From the IMG/VR virus record IMGVR_UViG_3300022899_000001, positions 1 to 64,000 of that record: a stretch of DNA of 64,000 nt, one strand, 5' to 3'. Origin of the DNA: a virus. Taxonomy: Duplodnaviria > Caudoviricetes. The translations under genes were made by a program, and so were the position numbers. The notes beneath the pieces are model-generated. The model was not told where the DNA came from and ran no database searches. It saw only the letters and a program-made list of their open reading frames with translations. Positions 37,021 to 44,912 of the stretch are shown here, one piece after another. Each line of letters starts with the position of its first letter. Position 1 is the first letter of the stretch.

Positions 37021-37494
37021 TCAGCCTCCTGTGTTGATTGTAAGTCTCGCCATCTCGCGCAATATCACTTCGGCGACCGCAGGTACTATGGCGTTTCCGA
37101 GTCCTTTAAGGCGGTGTGTCCGATTGGGTATCCCATCAGCCACTCGACCCAATTCGGGTTCAGGCTGCCACTGTGCCCACCCATTACAGAAGGTTGGGTG
37201 GATGCGTTCAACACAGGCAAGAGTCTGTGGCCAGAGCCAGCGGTGATCTTCCGAGCCTCTTTGGTGCCCGGCGCAAGAAGCGGGCTGGCAAGGAGGTCCA
37301 CCTGTGATGAGATCAGCGTTGAGTTGTGGCACGTTTCGGATGTCTCCGTAGTTGGGCACGTTGGGCCAGTGTCGCTTGAGGATTTTGCACGCATAAGGTT
37401 CAATTTCAGAAAATCCGATGGTTGTAAATCCTGCTGCTTGTGCGGCGATTGTGAAGCCGCCAATGCCGCTAAAAAGATCAAGGTGAGTCAGCAT
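37021..37494 (-). pseudogene. Internally deleted C5-cytosine methyltransferase, alpha chain (motifs I-IV/V and X only)
   Basis: LDLFSGIGG, GGPPCQ, RLKGLGNAIVP present; ENV (VI) and QxRxR (VIII) absent; only 157 aa. Confidence 0.75.
37086..37481 (-). CDS. Overlapping-frame beta chain of the split C5 methyltransferase (motif IX)
   Basis: LNPNWVEWLMGYPIGHT in an alternative frame nested inside the alpha gene, as in M.EcoHK31I-type enzymes. Confidence 0.6.
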   Translation of the reverse strand: MIFLAALAASQSPHKQQDLQPSDFLKLNLMRAKSSSDTGPTCPTTETSETCHNSTLISSQVDLLASPLLAPGTKEARKITAGSGHRLLPVLNASTQPSVMGGHSGSLNPNWVEWLMGYPIGHTALKDSETP

Positions 37495-37497
37495 ATC

Positions 37498-38124
37498 CTA
37501 CCTCGGCATCGTCAACCCCCGCTCCCCATCCGCCGCCCTGGTGAGTTTGGAAACAATTTCAGACCACGGTCTGCCTTCGCAACGGACACGCTTAATAAGG
37601 TCCGCGTTTACGCTGCCTGGAAAGCACCACCAATCCTCAGTCTCGCCATAGTCAGGAATCACAACGTCGGCGCAGGCCAGATCGTAACCGTATTCCTTCA
37701 TCGCCAATCGCATTCTGTCACGCGGCTCATCACCAATCCTGTAACGATCATGCTCAATAGTCGCAACACTGAATCGTAATGTTCCAAACGGTATGTTACT
37801 GAACGTGTCGAGTGTCGCATCGTCACAGTCCAAACTCAAAAAGTCAATTATTCGAGGCAGACCAGCCTCATCAATTACCGCGAGCCAGTCCGTTTTGGTT
37901 GTGTCGCCCTGAATAAACTTGCTGGTGCGATTCTGAATCCGATCTGCGTCACACAGAATGTCGAACAATAAACCGCTCCAACCCATTTGCTCAAGAGCGT
38001 ATGTGTTGTTCATCGAGGTCAGGTTATACGAACCAACATCCAGAAATGTGCCATCAGTTCTCTGCCCGCACATTTCAAATGCGAATACATCCTGTCCCGC
38101 CTGTGATGTGGATTGAAGAATCAT
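37498..38124 (-). CDS. FkbM-family methyltransferase
   Basis: SQAGQD...TFLDVGS...NNTYALE..GWSGL...IDFLSLDCD...TIEHD. Confidence 0.8.
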   Translation of the reverse strand: MILQSTSQAGQDVFAFEMCGQRTDGTFLDVGSYNLTSMNNTYALEQMGWSGLLFDILCDADRIQNRTSKFIQGDTTKTDWLAVIDEAGLPRIIDFLSLDCDDATLDTFSNIPFGTLRFSVATIEHDRYRIGDEPRDRMRLAMKEYGYDLACADVVIPDYGETEDWWCFPGSVNADLIKRVRCEGRPWSEIVSKLTRAADGERGLTMPR

Positions 38125-38909
38125 GCACGACTTCTTCGAGACGACGCATCATACATCGCCTGAGCCTTCTTCAAATCACGCGGCCCGTTTTCAATCTCGT
38201 GCATCTGGTGAAAGTATAAGTATTCTTCAATTATGTGAAACTTCACTCCCGCCCGCTGCATGGCTCCCTGAAGATCAAGCTGCCAATAGCCCCATTCCAA
38301 AAGTTCTTCATCGTAAAAATCCGCTGCCGCCATTGCTTGTTTCGTCGTGATAAAACTGGCCGCATCATACAAGGCGCTCGTGTGCCAGCCCGCGCCTTCC
38401 GAGTTCTTCAGGAGGTTTTTTGGGTTTTCCCTCCAATTCAAACCTTCCAAATCAGAAGCGTGGTCAACTGCTTCGTGTGGTTTTCCTTTTTGCGACCAAT
38501 AGGGCATCTGCATCAACCAGCTTGCAACAAACCACATAGGGTCAGCGCCATCGTTAGACTGCTTGGAAAACTCACCGACCAGCCTCTCGCAGTAATCCAC
38601 ATCGTAAATACAATCTGCTTTTGCCAAAATAAACACGTCATGCTTGGCCATTCTGATAGCTGTATTCTGGCACCAAGAAGCTGTTGTCTTGGCCGGATCA
38701 CCGTGTTTATTAAACGAGAACCGAAGCTTGTCCACGTCGAAATGCTTGGCTATGACCCTTTTGATTTCACTCTCTGAATAATCAGTGTTGTTCTCGAAGA
38801 ACAGCCAGCAATCAGGGGAGATGGTTTGCTTGGACAATGAGTAGAGGCTTCGCTCAAGATGGTCAAGCGTCAGACTTCTAAAGAATGTGAAAATCAAACT
38901 CCAAGTCAT
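38121..38909 (-). CDS. GT-A fold glycosyltransferase (divergent)
   Basis: L.SL..QT...; QNTAIRMAKHDVFILAKADC; EWGYWQLD...FHQMH resembles the GWGxED...H motif. Confidence 0.65.
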   Translation of the reverse strand: MTWSLIFTFFRSLTLDHLERSLYSLSKQTISPDCWLFFENNTDYSESEIKRVIAKHFDVDKLRFSFNKHGDPAKTTASWCQNTAIRMAKHDVFILAKADCIYDVDYCERLVGEFSKQSNDGADPMWFVASWLMQMPYWSQKGKPHEAVDHASDLEGLNWRENPKNLLKNSEGAGWHTSALYDAASFITTKQAMAAADFYDEELLEWGYWQLDLQGAMQRAGVKFHIIEEYLYFHQMHEIENGPRDLKKAQAMYDASSRRSRA

Positions 38910-39655
38910 ATTTCTGCCCCTTTTCTCTTGTTGAATTGCTGTTTGAAATACGGATCAGTCAACGTGTCGGCGAAACCTGAAAGCACGCGCTTGGTTTTCA
39001 TGTCTGCTTTTGAAAAATCTTCTGTCGGCCTCCAAAACGCGAGACAATTTGACTGGTCGCCGCGCCAGAAGCAATTTGGTGCCCTGCGCCATTCGCGCCA
39101 TTGATACTCACCACTCCATAGCACCAGCTTGACTGGAAGCTTTTCCCGCGCAACCAAAACCCACAAACTGTTAGGGCCATGCTCGAATGCGTATCGGTCA
39201 GACTTGCTACTGACGCCGAATGGATAACGTCGCAAAATGTGTGGCGGGCAAAAGAATCCACTCGTGTTAAGATGTGGGCGAATCTGATAGCTGGCGCAGG
39301 TCCCGTAAAGACCTGGAGCTTCGGCGAACACCTTGGCCATGCGCGAGAGCCAGCCGGGTTTGTTGAAATAAGCTGACGCACCAAAACACAAGATCATGTC
39401 GGCGTCACATTGCTTGGAATAATCCAAATAACCACCGATGTCCCAGCCGTCGTTTGTGCGAGTGAAGAAACTACAATCTGCAATCTGGCTGAATTGTGCC
39501 TTCTGCCGGCTGTCCGGCTCCCGGCCATTACAGATGATAACAGTTGAATGGTGTTCACCGGGCGGATGCGAAAGGTAGGAACTGATAAAACGCGAGTGCG
39601 CGGACTGAAACTGCGCAAGATGAGGAACCATGATGTAGGCGAGCATGATCTTCAT
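38906..39655 (-). CDS. Glycosyltransferase-like protein (RgpF-like N-G-x-D-x-G motif)
   Basis: TRTNDGWDIGGYLDY...MILCFG...HLNTSGF...FEHG; inside the GT cluster. Confidence 0.55.
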   Translation of the reverse strand: MKIMLAYIMVPHLAQFQSAHSRFISSYLSHPPGEHHSTVIICNGREPDSRQKAQFSQIADCSFFTRTNDGWDIGGYLDYSKQCDADMILCFGASAYFNKPGWLSRMAKVFAEAPGLYGTCASYQIRPHLNTSGFFCPPHILRRYPFGVSSKSDRYAFEHGPNSLWVLVAREKLPVKLVLWSGEYQWREWRRAPNCFWRGDQSNCLAFWRPTEDFSKADMKTKRVLSGFADTLTDPYFKQQFNKRKGAEI

Positions 39656-40326
39656 GCAGGCACTCGCCTTCCAAAGTACATCGGAAATCTCCTAGCCACT
39701 TCATGGAAATTGCGCTGCTCAATCGCATTGATGCCGGGCATCTTCGAGCTTGTGGCCTTGCCGATGTGGGTCACGCGGCAGTCTGGAGTAACGTGAAGGG
39801 TGTAGCCTTTTTCTATCAGACGAAGACCAAGGTCTATCTCCTCCCAGTAACAAAACTTCAAGTAATCACTGAACAATCCAACCTCTTTCAACAATTCCGT
39901 TCGCCCCATCATGCAATGTCCCCATAGATATTCGATTGCGGATTTATCAGGGTTGAGGCTTTTTCGGAAATGACCACCCACCGGCGAGGACAACGCGCAC
40001 ATCTGAAACTCCTTGAACGGACGCTCCAAAGCCTCAAGCCAGCCAGAATCAACAGTCGTGTCGTCATTGAGGTAAATCACAAAATGCGAAGTTATCTTGG
40101 TCAATGCAACTCGTGATGGATTGATGAATCCCTCGTTCTTTTGATTTATTACCACCGTGACGTTGGGATGATCGCGAGCCAGGCCAAGGAAATAATTCCC
40201 AACTACCGGATTACCGTTGCTGGTCAGGCATAATTCAAAGTCGGAACTGTGTGCAAATACGGACTCCAGGCATCTCTTACAGTGATCCAGAGCCGTGTAT
40301 GTCGTTATACAGATGCCGTAACGCAT
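39652..40326 (-). CDS. Family 2 glycosyltransferase
   Basis: ICITTY..LDHCKRCLESV, N.GF, YLNDD, WLEAL, YWEEIDLGLRL...GY. Confidence 0.85.
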   Translation of the reverse strand: MRYGICITTYTALDHCKRCLESVFAHSSDFELCLTSNGNPVVGNYFLGLARDHPNVTVVINQKNEGFINPSRVALTKITSHFVIYLNDDTTVDSGWLEALERPFKEFQMCALSSPVGGHFRKSLNPDKSAIEYLWGHCMMGRTELLKEVGLFSDYLKFCYWEEIDLGLRLIEKGYTLHVTPDCRVTHIGKATSSKMPGINAIEQRNFHEVARRFPMYFGRRVPA

Positions 40327-40683
40327 TTACGGTTTCTCTCCCTTCGCCAGCCGAATCATGCTCTTTTGTTGTTCCGGCTTCAGCAGTTGTTTCACGCTCA
40401 CACCCTTGGTCAGACGGCGATAACGCCTGCGCGGATCACGCGCCAACAGGTTCACACCGCACGCCTCGGCAAAGTCGCTCACCGTCTTTAGGAGCAATGG
40501 CCATTCACGGCGATAGGCCAACGCCTGCAACGTGCGCCGCTTGATCCCGCTGCGTTGCACCAGATCGTTGATTGTCCTGTGTTGAACGCCGCGCTTCCGG
40601 TCGCGCCTGACAGCCATCGCAAGACAGACGAAAGGCGGCGTGCGTTGCACGGTTTGCCAGAGGGTTAGGGGTTTGCGATTCAC
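40327..40683 (-). CDS. Basic hypothetical protein, possible DNA-binding
   Basis: Arg/Lys-rich, helix-turn-helix-like segment TINDLVQRSGIKRRTLQAL. Confidence 0.55.
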   Translation of the reverse strand: MNRKPLTLWQTVQRTPPFVCLAMAVRRDRKRGVQHRTINDLVQRSGIKRRTLQALAYRREWPLLLKTVSDFAEACGVNLLARDPRRRYRRLTKGVSVKQLLKPEQQKSMIRLAKGEKP

Positions 40684-40695
40684 GTTTTCAATATG

Positions 40696-40953
40696 CTAAC
40701 CCGTCGCATAATCACTGTTAGCAGGCTCTCCGTTTTTGGCGTCGTAGTATTTGTCCCACGCTTTCGAGGTCTGGTCGCACAGGTCATCGTATGCCAGTTG
40801 AGCATCTTGAGCTTGCTGTCGTGCTTCGTTTCGTAGTGATTGGAGTTTTTTGCAGTTCGCAAGTAGCCTGCTAACAAGCTCACTGGAGCGAACCGGCTTG
40901 GGCTGCTTCAGTGAGGTTATCAGGGCGTAGTTGGACGGTTTGATTCGGCTCAT
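40696..40953 (-). CDS. Cassette A1 gene, coiled-coil hypothetical protein
   Basis: N-terminus PVRSSELVS is encoded by the attC left arm; C-terminus PANSDYATG crosses site A0. Confidence 0.7.
   Translation of the reverse strand: MSRIKPSNYALITSLKQPKPVRSSELVSRLLANCKKLQSLRNEARQQAQDAQLAYDDLCDQTSKAWDKYYDAKNGEPANSDYATG
40701..40723 (+). other. attI-like site A0 (crossover G|TT at 40717)
   Basis: GTCGCATAATCACT-GTTAGCAGGC; R' matches R'' of the first cassette 10/10; no L''/L' hairpin; similar to site B0. Confidence 0.55.
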
Positions 40954-41001
40954 AGGTCTTGTTGCATTTCGCCAGCGGGTCGCTCAGTTCGGTCGTTAGG
41001 C
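40869..41001 (+). other. attC A1
   Basis: R'' TGCTAAC; L'' ACTG(G)AGCGA(A)C pairs with L' GTCGCTCAGT; R' GTTAGGC. Confidence 0.85.
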
Positions 41002-41006
41002 GTCAT
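40950..41006 (-). CDS. 18-aa coupling mini-ORF across the attC A1 right arm
   Basis: MTPNDRTERPAGEMQQDL; ATG overlaps the methylase stop, TGA overlaps the next ATG. Confidence 0.6.
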   Translation of the reverse strand: MTPNDRTERPAGEMQQDL

Positions 41007-41611
41007 AGGAACGCGCCTTGCAAGTTCGGACGCTTTCGTTCCGCAAGGCATATTGTGTCGTTGTGGGCCGCGCCGTGGCAGACGAGCATCACTTCGAGGA
41101 TGTCGCAGCCGTGCTTCTGCCCCATTCCGGCGCTGTTCCATCCGAAGCTCAGGACGATGGCATCGTCGGTCAGCACTTCGGCCATTGCGTTTTTTACGCG
41201 AGAGTAGAGCGCGGCGTTTTGCGTTTCCTTCATGCCGCACTTGATTCCGGCTTCCTGGTAGCACTCGCTGATTTGGCGCGGCGAGTATGGCGGGTCGAGG
41301 ATTGCGAGGTCGCACCGGATTCCTTTGCCCGCGAGCATCCGCAGAAAGTCCTCGGCATCCATGTGATATTCCGCCTCTGTCTTTGGGTTCAGGTCGTTGG
41401 TGTAGGTTGCCCATCGTTTGTTGCGTGCGAACGGGTCGCACGAGATTTTCGCGGCTTTGAGATAGCGTTGCACCATGTCACCTATTGGCCGGACGCTGAA
41501 GGTGTCAGCAGACGGCATTGCCCACACGCGGGAGAATGACGCCGAACCATACGGTGCAGCGAATGCCGCCATCGCATCTCCGGCGAGTTCGTGAGTCTCA
41601 GTGGGCGGCAT
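41003..41611 (-). CDS. Cassette A2 gene, phage adenine-specific DNA methyltransferase
   Basis: WAMPS.DTF, CDPFA, DPPYSPRQISECY, FGWNS.GMG, HG.AHNDTI pattern. Confidence 0.8.
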   Translation of the reverse strand: MPPTETHELAGDAMAAFAAPYGSASFSRVWAMPSADTFSVRPIGDMVQRYLKAAKISCDPFARNKRWATYTNDLNPKTEAEYHMDAEDFLRMLAGKGIRCDLAILDPPYSPRQISECYQEAGIKCGMKETQNAALYSRVKNAMAEVLTDDAIVLSFGWNSAGMGQKHGCDILEVMLVCHGAAHNDTICLAERKRPNLQGAFL

Positions 41612-41634
41612 CGCTGACCTTATCGTCGTTGGGC
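41541..41634 (+). other. attC A2
   Basis: R'' GCCGAAC; L'' GGT(G)CAGCGA(A)TGCCGCC / L' GGCGGCATCGCTGACC; R' GTTGGGC. Confidence 0.9.
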
Positions 41635-41861
41635 CGACGCCAGTGGGTAGCGATCTTATCTACCTTTGCCCACTTTGGCCGATACATTGGCCGGCCATCG
41701 TAGAATCTCAGAACGGTTTGGACACTGCCCCACCACACTTCACCGCTCACGAGTTTAGTGCCAATTTGTATTCGGTCGCCCGGCCCAACCACCGGATGCT
41801 GCGAACGTGCGGTTCGCTTTCGGCATCCGGCTTTGGGAGAAATTGGACGTTTATTTTTCAT
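41598..41861 (-). CDS. Cassette A3 gene, hypothetical protein
   Basis: ARSQHPVVG from the left arm; PNDDKVSDAAH from the neighbouring right arm. Confidence 0.65.
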   Translation of the reverse strand: MKNKRPISPKAGCRKRTARSQHPVVGPGDRIQIGTKLVSGEVWWGSVQTVLRFYDGRPMYRPKWAKVDKIATHWRRPNDDKVSDAAH

Positions 41862-41890
41862 CGGCAGGTCGCTGATCCGGGACGTTCCCC
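41783..41890 (+). other. attC A3
   Basis: R'' GCCCAAC; L'' CCGGAT(G)CTGCGA(A)C / L' GTCGCTGATCCGG; R' GTTCCCC. Confidence 0.85.
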
Positions 41891-42615
41891 ACCTTGAGCA
41901 CGCGCAGGATTTGCCGTGCGAGATATTCCGCGAAGGCCGGTGGTATGGCTTGCGCGATTTCTTTTCGAGTCGCCCACGGCATCTGCATGATTTCGCGGGC
42001 TTCTTCGAGTCCCTTTGGCTTGCGTCCGAGTCCGCCAGTTTTCTTTTTACGAGGCGCGTGTTGGAAGCTGCCAGTTCCGCTCACGTCTATCGGGTCAGGT
42101 TGTGCGGCGTGGTTGCATTCCGGCGCAGTCAGCAGGACGTTGCTCTCGAAGATGCGATGCCGGCGCACCCGAAGCCCGAAGGACGAGCCACAGAGCATCA
42201 CCGGATTTTGCAGCGGCGCACCGACCACGTTTTCGATGATGTAGAGTCCTCCCCACGCCTTGAGCTTTTCGCGTGTGCGTTCGATGTAGCACTCGTATTC
42301 TTTGCCGGTCACATGCTTTAGAGTTGTGTGCGCCTGGCACGGCGGCGAGGCCCACACGAAATCGAAGCCGGACAGGTCAGCATCCAGCGCATTTCCGATG
42401 TGACGCTTGAAGGGATAGTTCAGGCCGCTCTTGATGTCCCATCCTTCCACCTCGAATCCGGCGTTGTGGATTCCCATGCCCGCACCGCCGGCGCAGCAGA
42501 ATAAGTCAGCACATCGCGGGGCAGGTGGGGAACAAGACGCTGCACGCAAAGATGCCCCGCTTCGCAGTTCGAGCGGTTGCATCTTCGGCGGCGCGTCTGT
42601 CAGTTCGATAGTCAT
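41851..42615 (-). CDS. Cassette A4 gene, C5-cytosine DNA methyltransferase (short phage type)
   Basis: DLFCCAGGAG, WASPPCQ, YIIENV, MLCGSSFGL...RHRIFE, QAIPPAF. Confidence 0.88.
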   Translation of the reverse strand: MTIELTDAPPKMQPLELRSGASLRAASCSPPAPRCADLFCCAGGAGMGIHNAGFEVEGWDIKSGLNYPFKRHIGNALDADLSGFDFVWASPPCQAHTTLKHVTGKEYECYIERTREKLKAWGGLYIIENVVGAPLQNPVMLCGSSFGLRVRRHRIFESNVLLTAPECNHAAQPDPIDVSGTGSFQHAPRKKKTGGLGRKPKGLEEAREIMQMPWATRKEIAQAIPPAFAEYLARQILRVLKVGNVPDQRPADEK

Positions 42616-42661
42616 TTGGCGTTATTGAGGCGGGGCATCTTGCGTGAGCTTTTCGTTGGGC
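42527..42661 (+). other. attC A4
   Basis: R'' GGGGAAC; L'' GCT(G)CACGCAA(A)GATGCCCCGC / L' GCGGGGCATCTTGCGTGAGC; R' GTTGGGC. Confidence 0.9.
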
Positions 42662-43326
42662 CACTTAGCGCACGTCGCTGCCAGTTCGAGCAGATAGTGC
42701 GCGAACGCGGGAGGCGTGGCGTTTGCCTCACGCTTTGAGAGTGTCGGTTTATTGGCGGCCTTGCCGCGCTGGTCGTGGAAGCCGACTTGATGCGTCCCGA
42801 TTGGTCGCGCCCATCGAGGGTGTAGCGGAGATTGAGTGCCTGAGCAGTAGAGCCATGTTCGTTTGTTCGCTCGATGCCCGTAGGCCGATTGCCAGACTTC
42901 GCACACCCATCCTTGCTTCCATCGCGTCCATCCGATTCCAGGATACGGCAGCCCGTGCGCCGTCCATGCGTAGGTTTCCGCAGGATGTTCGAGCACGCCG
43001 CCGCAGCGGTTCACAGTGTCGAGCGCAAATTGGAAGCAGCCGCCATCATTGCCGGGTCGGTTGTGTTCTCCGCCCCACCGCAGATGATTTATCACCGCCA
43101 TCTTGCCCCACAGTTGGCAGGGAGGATGAGCGACCACGGGATTGTTGCCCGCGTAGGTCAGCGCGTTTCGTTCGGCGTCGTAGCAGTCACAGCCGAGCGA
43201 CTTGTAGAGAGAGTCTTTCATCACGAAAAGCACAGTGACGTGGCCCAACCAATCAGTGCAGCGAACAGCCGCCCCGCTCTCCGGTTCGGCGTTCACTGGA
43301 ATTAGAATGTCGGCGGTGTCGTTCAC
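42622..43326 (-). CDS. Cassette A5 gene, divergent C5-methyltransferase-like protein
   Basis: VAHPPCQ, GGVLEHP, Q..YGH...KRTWLY, ATPPAFA; lacks a canonical FxGxG motif I. Confidence 0.7.
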   Translation of the reverse strand: MNDTADILIPVNAEPESGAAVRCTDWLGHVTVLFVMKDSLYKSLGCDCYDAERNALTYAGNNPVVAHPPCQLWGKMAVINHLRWGGEHNRPGNDGGCFQFALDTVNRCGGVLEHPAETYAWTAHGLPYPGIGWTRWKQGWVCEVWQSAYGHRANKRTWLYCSGTQSPLHPRWARPIGTHQVGFHDQRGKAANKPTLSKREANATPPAFAHYLLELAATCAKWPNEKLTQDAPPQ

Positions 43327-43365
43327 GGTTTCTCTCGGAGGCTGTCGCTGACTTCTGCGTTCTAC
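43243..43365 (+). other. attC A5
   Basis: R'' GCCCAAC; L'' AGT(G)CAGCGA(A)CAGCC / L' GGCTGTCGCTGACT; R' GTTCTAC. Confidence 0.9.
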
Positions 43366-43652
43366 GGCACCGGCATGACGCCTTTGCTTTTAAGAAAACG
43401 GCGGTTGATCTCTTTCGGCCAGTCAGCGGGCCAGTCGGTTGGGTCGCCTTTGGAGTCCATCAGCACCCACCCTTCGGCATCCCGATACGCAGAGGCCGGT
43501 GACGTAGAACCAGCCGGATGCAGCGAACCGGGCTTCGCCGGTTCGCCATCACGCTTTTTTGAACGGCGCTGCTTTGCCTTCTGTTCACGCAGCCAGTTTC
43601 TTGTTGCCGAGTCCTCCGGCCACACTCTTGGTTTCGCCATGCCCATTGCCAT
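43362..43652 (-). CDS. Cassette A6 gene, hypothetical protein
   Basis: PGSLHPAGS from the left arm; TAG stop supplied by its own R' sequence. Confidence 0.65.
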   Translation of the reverse strand: MAMGMAKPRVWPEDSATRNWLREQKAKQRRSKKRDGEPAKPGSLHPAGSTSPASAYRDAEGWVLMDSKGDPTDWPADWPKEINRRFLKSKGVMPVP

Positions 43653-43703
43653 ATTCAGATTTCTTTCTTGTTTTCGCCCGGTCGCTGATCCGGGACGTTC
43701 TCT
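43504..43703 (+). other. attC A6 (200 bp, long loop)
   Basis: R'' GTAGAAC; L'' CCGGAT(G)CAGCGA(A)CCGGGC / L' GCCCGGTCGCTGATCCGG; R' GTTCTCT. Confidence 0.9.
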
Positions 43704-43975
43704 GTCGGCTGTCGCTTACTCTCGTGCCCCATCTGCCGGCGGAAGCGGCCTTTGTAGTGCATCGGCACGCCTCCAAAGTGGTTGATAATATAGACGGTGT
43801 TTTCGTCCACTGATTTCCATTTGCACGGATGCGAGTAGTGGTAGAATTGGTCACCTTTTCGGATTCGCTCCTTGAGTCTCAGCACACGAAATTGGCTAAC
43901 CACGCGCTGAAGACGACTGCGAGAGCGTCGGGTAGCACTGGCCGTCTTTCCGCGTTGGAGCTTTTTTGTTTTCAT
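43655..43975 (-). CDS. Cassette A7 gene, hypothetical protein; orphan attC left arm at 43894-43925
   Basis: SRLQRVVSQ = GGCTAAC...GCGCTGAAGACGAC on the plus strand; no matching right arm found. Confidence 0.6.
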   Translation of the reverse strand: MKTKKLQRGKTASATRRSRSRLQRVVSQFRVLRLKERIRKGDQFYHYSHPCKWKSVDENTVYIINHFGGVPMHYKGRFRRQMGHESKRQPTENVPDQRPGENKKEI

Positions 43976-44367
43976 CGCCGCTGCGCCTTGTAGTGTTCCA
44001 ATATCTTGTCATACTCCGCATCGCCCACTGGAATGACCTGTCCTTTGAACGGTTCTGGCATATCCTCGCCGCTGAACCATGCGAACCGAGTCCCTTCCAC
44101 AGTAGTAATGGCGCACCAACCCAAGTCCAAGTTCTTCTGGCACGTCGGGCAATACGGCTTGTGCTTTGGCTCGACTATCTTCGCTTCGACTCGCTTGGCA
44201 AACGGAGCGCCATATCTCTTTCCGCACAACGCGCAGGGTATCGCAGCGGATGGCAGCTTGCCGTTGCGCTTGGCCCGATTCTCCATCATGCGGTCGCCAT
44301 ACTGCTTCTTTAACGAAGGCAGCAGCGCGGAGAGACGCTTCAGTCGGTCGAGGAAGTTGTCGCTCAT
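43972..44367 (-). CDS. Zn-finger hypothetical protein (not cassette-bounded)
   Basis: CALCG...CPTC pairs. Confidence 0.65.
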   Translation of the reverse strand: MSDNFLDRLKRLSALLPSLKKQYGDRMMENRAKRNGKLPSAAIPCALCGKRYGAPFAKRVEAKIVEPKHKPYCPTCQKNLDLGWCAITTVEGTRFAWFSGEDMPEPFKGQVIPVGDAEYDKILEHYKAQRR

Positions 44368-44372
44368 AACAA

Positions 44373-44912
44373 TCAGCCATCTAGCGGGCTTTTGATGCGC
44401 CGCTCGACCGGAGCGGCGACATGAATGTGCTTTGCATGTCCCGGAAGTGACCCGAATTCACCATGAAGAAGGCGTGATGCGAAAGCATACGCGACGGCAG
44501 CGTCCCTCTCGGTATCGAAATGGCCTATTGGAATCATTTTGTAGTTATACCTAATTCGCGCTCTGAATTTATTCTTGTCCTTTGAGACTCCGCGCACCCC
44601 GTATTTGCCCCATGCCAAGTGAAGATTTCGGCTGTTTTCTCCTTGGGTGCATAGCCTTAAATTCTCCCGGCGATTGTCCAGCCCGTCTCCATTGATGTGG
44701 TCAACTTGCTTGTGTGATGATCCATTTATGCCAAGCATGAATCGGTGCATGGTGACTTCGATCCGCTTTCCGTTTACCGTCGGTCGCCGTGCAGCATAAA
44801 GCAGCTTTCCGCCATGACATTGTTTCAAACTCCATTTGAACTTTGACAACTTATCGAAGTCCGAATCATCAACGATGGCGTGTTTTCCAGCACTAAGAGG
44901 GATTGTTTTCAT
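44373..44912 (-). CDS. HNH-AP2 homing endonuclease fused to an IntI-like C-terminal tail
   Basis: MHRF...VDHINGDGLDNRRENLR (HNH), GVRGVS...FRARI...IGHF....AA.AY...HGEF (AP2), then GHAKHIHVAAPVERRIKSPLDG resembling the IntI end GH...YTHV...VRSPLD. Confidence 0.88.
   Translation of the reverse strand: MKTIPLSAGKHAIVDDSDFDKLSKFKWSLKQCHGGKLLYAARRPTVNGKRIEVTMHRFMLGINGSSHKQVDHINGDGLDNRRENLRLCTQGENSRNLHLAWGKYGVRGVSKDKNKFRARIRYNYKMIPIGHFDTERDAAVAYAFASRLLHGEFGSLPGHAKHIHVAAPVERRIKSPLDG

Noticed and set aside
36925-37779. 284-aa plus-strand ORF across the methylase cluster
   Set aside because: Antisense to three well-supported minus-strand frames.
40950-41441. 163-aa ORF overlapping the adenine methylase
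   Set aside because: Alternative frame of the methylase; only the last 18 codons (own ATG at 41006) are kept as a coupling mini-ORF.
43972-44001. CCGCTGCGCCTTGTAGTGTTCCAA as the missing right arm of attC A7
   Set aside because: It does not pair with the A7 left arm, and its AAC is out of frame with the gene, unlike the true arms.
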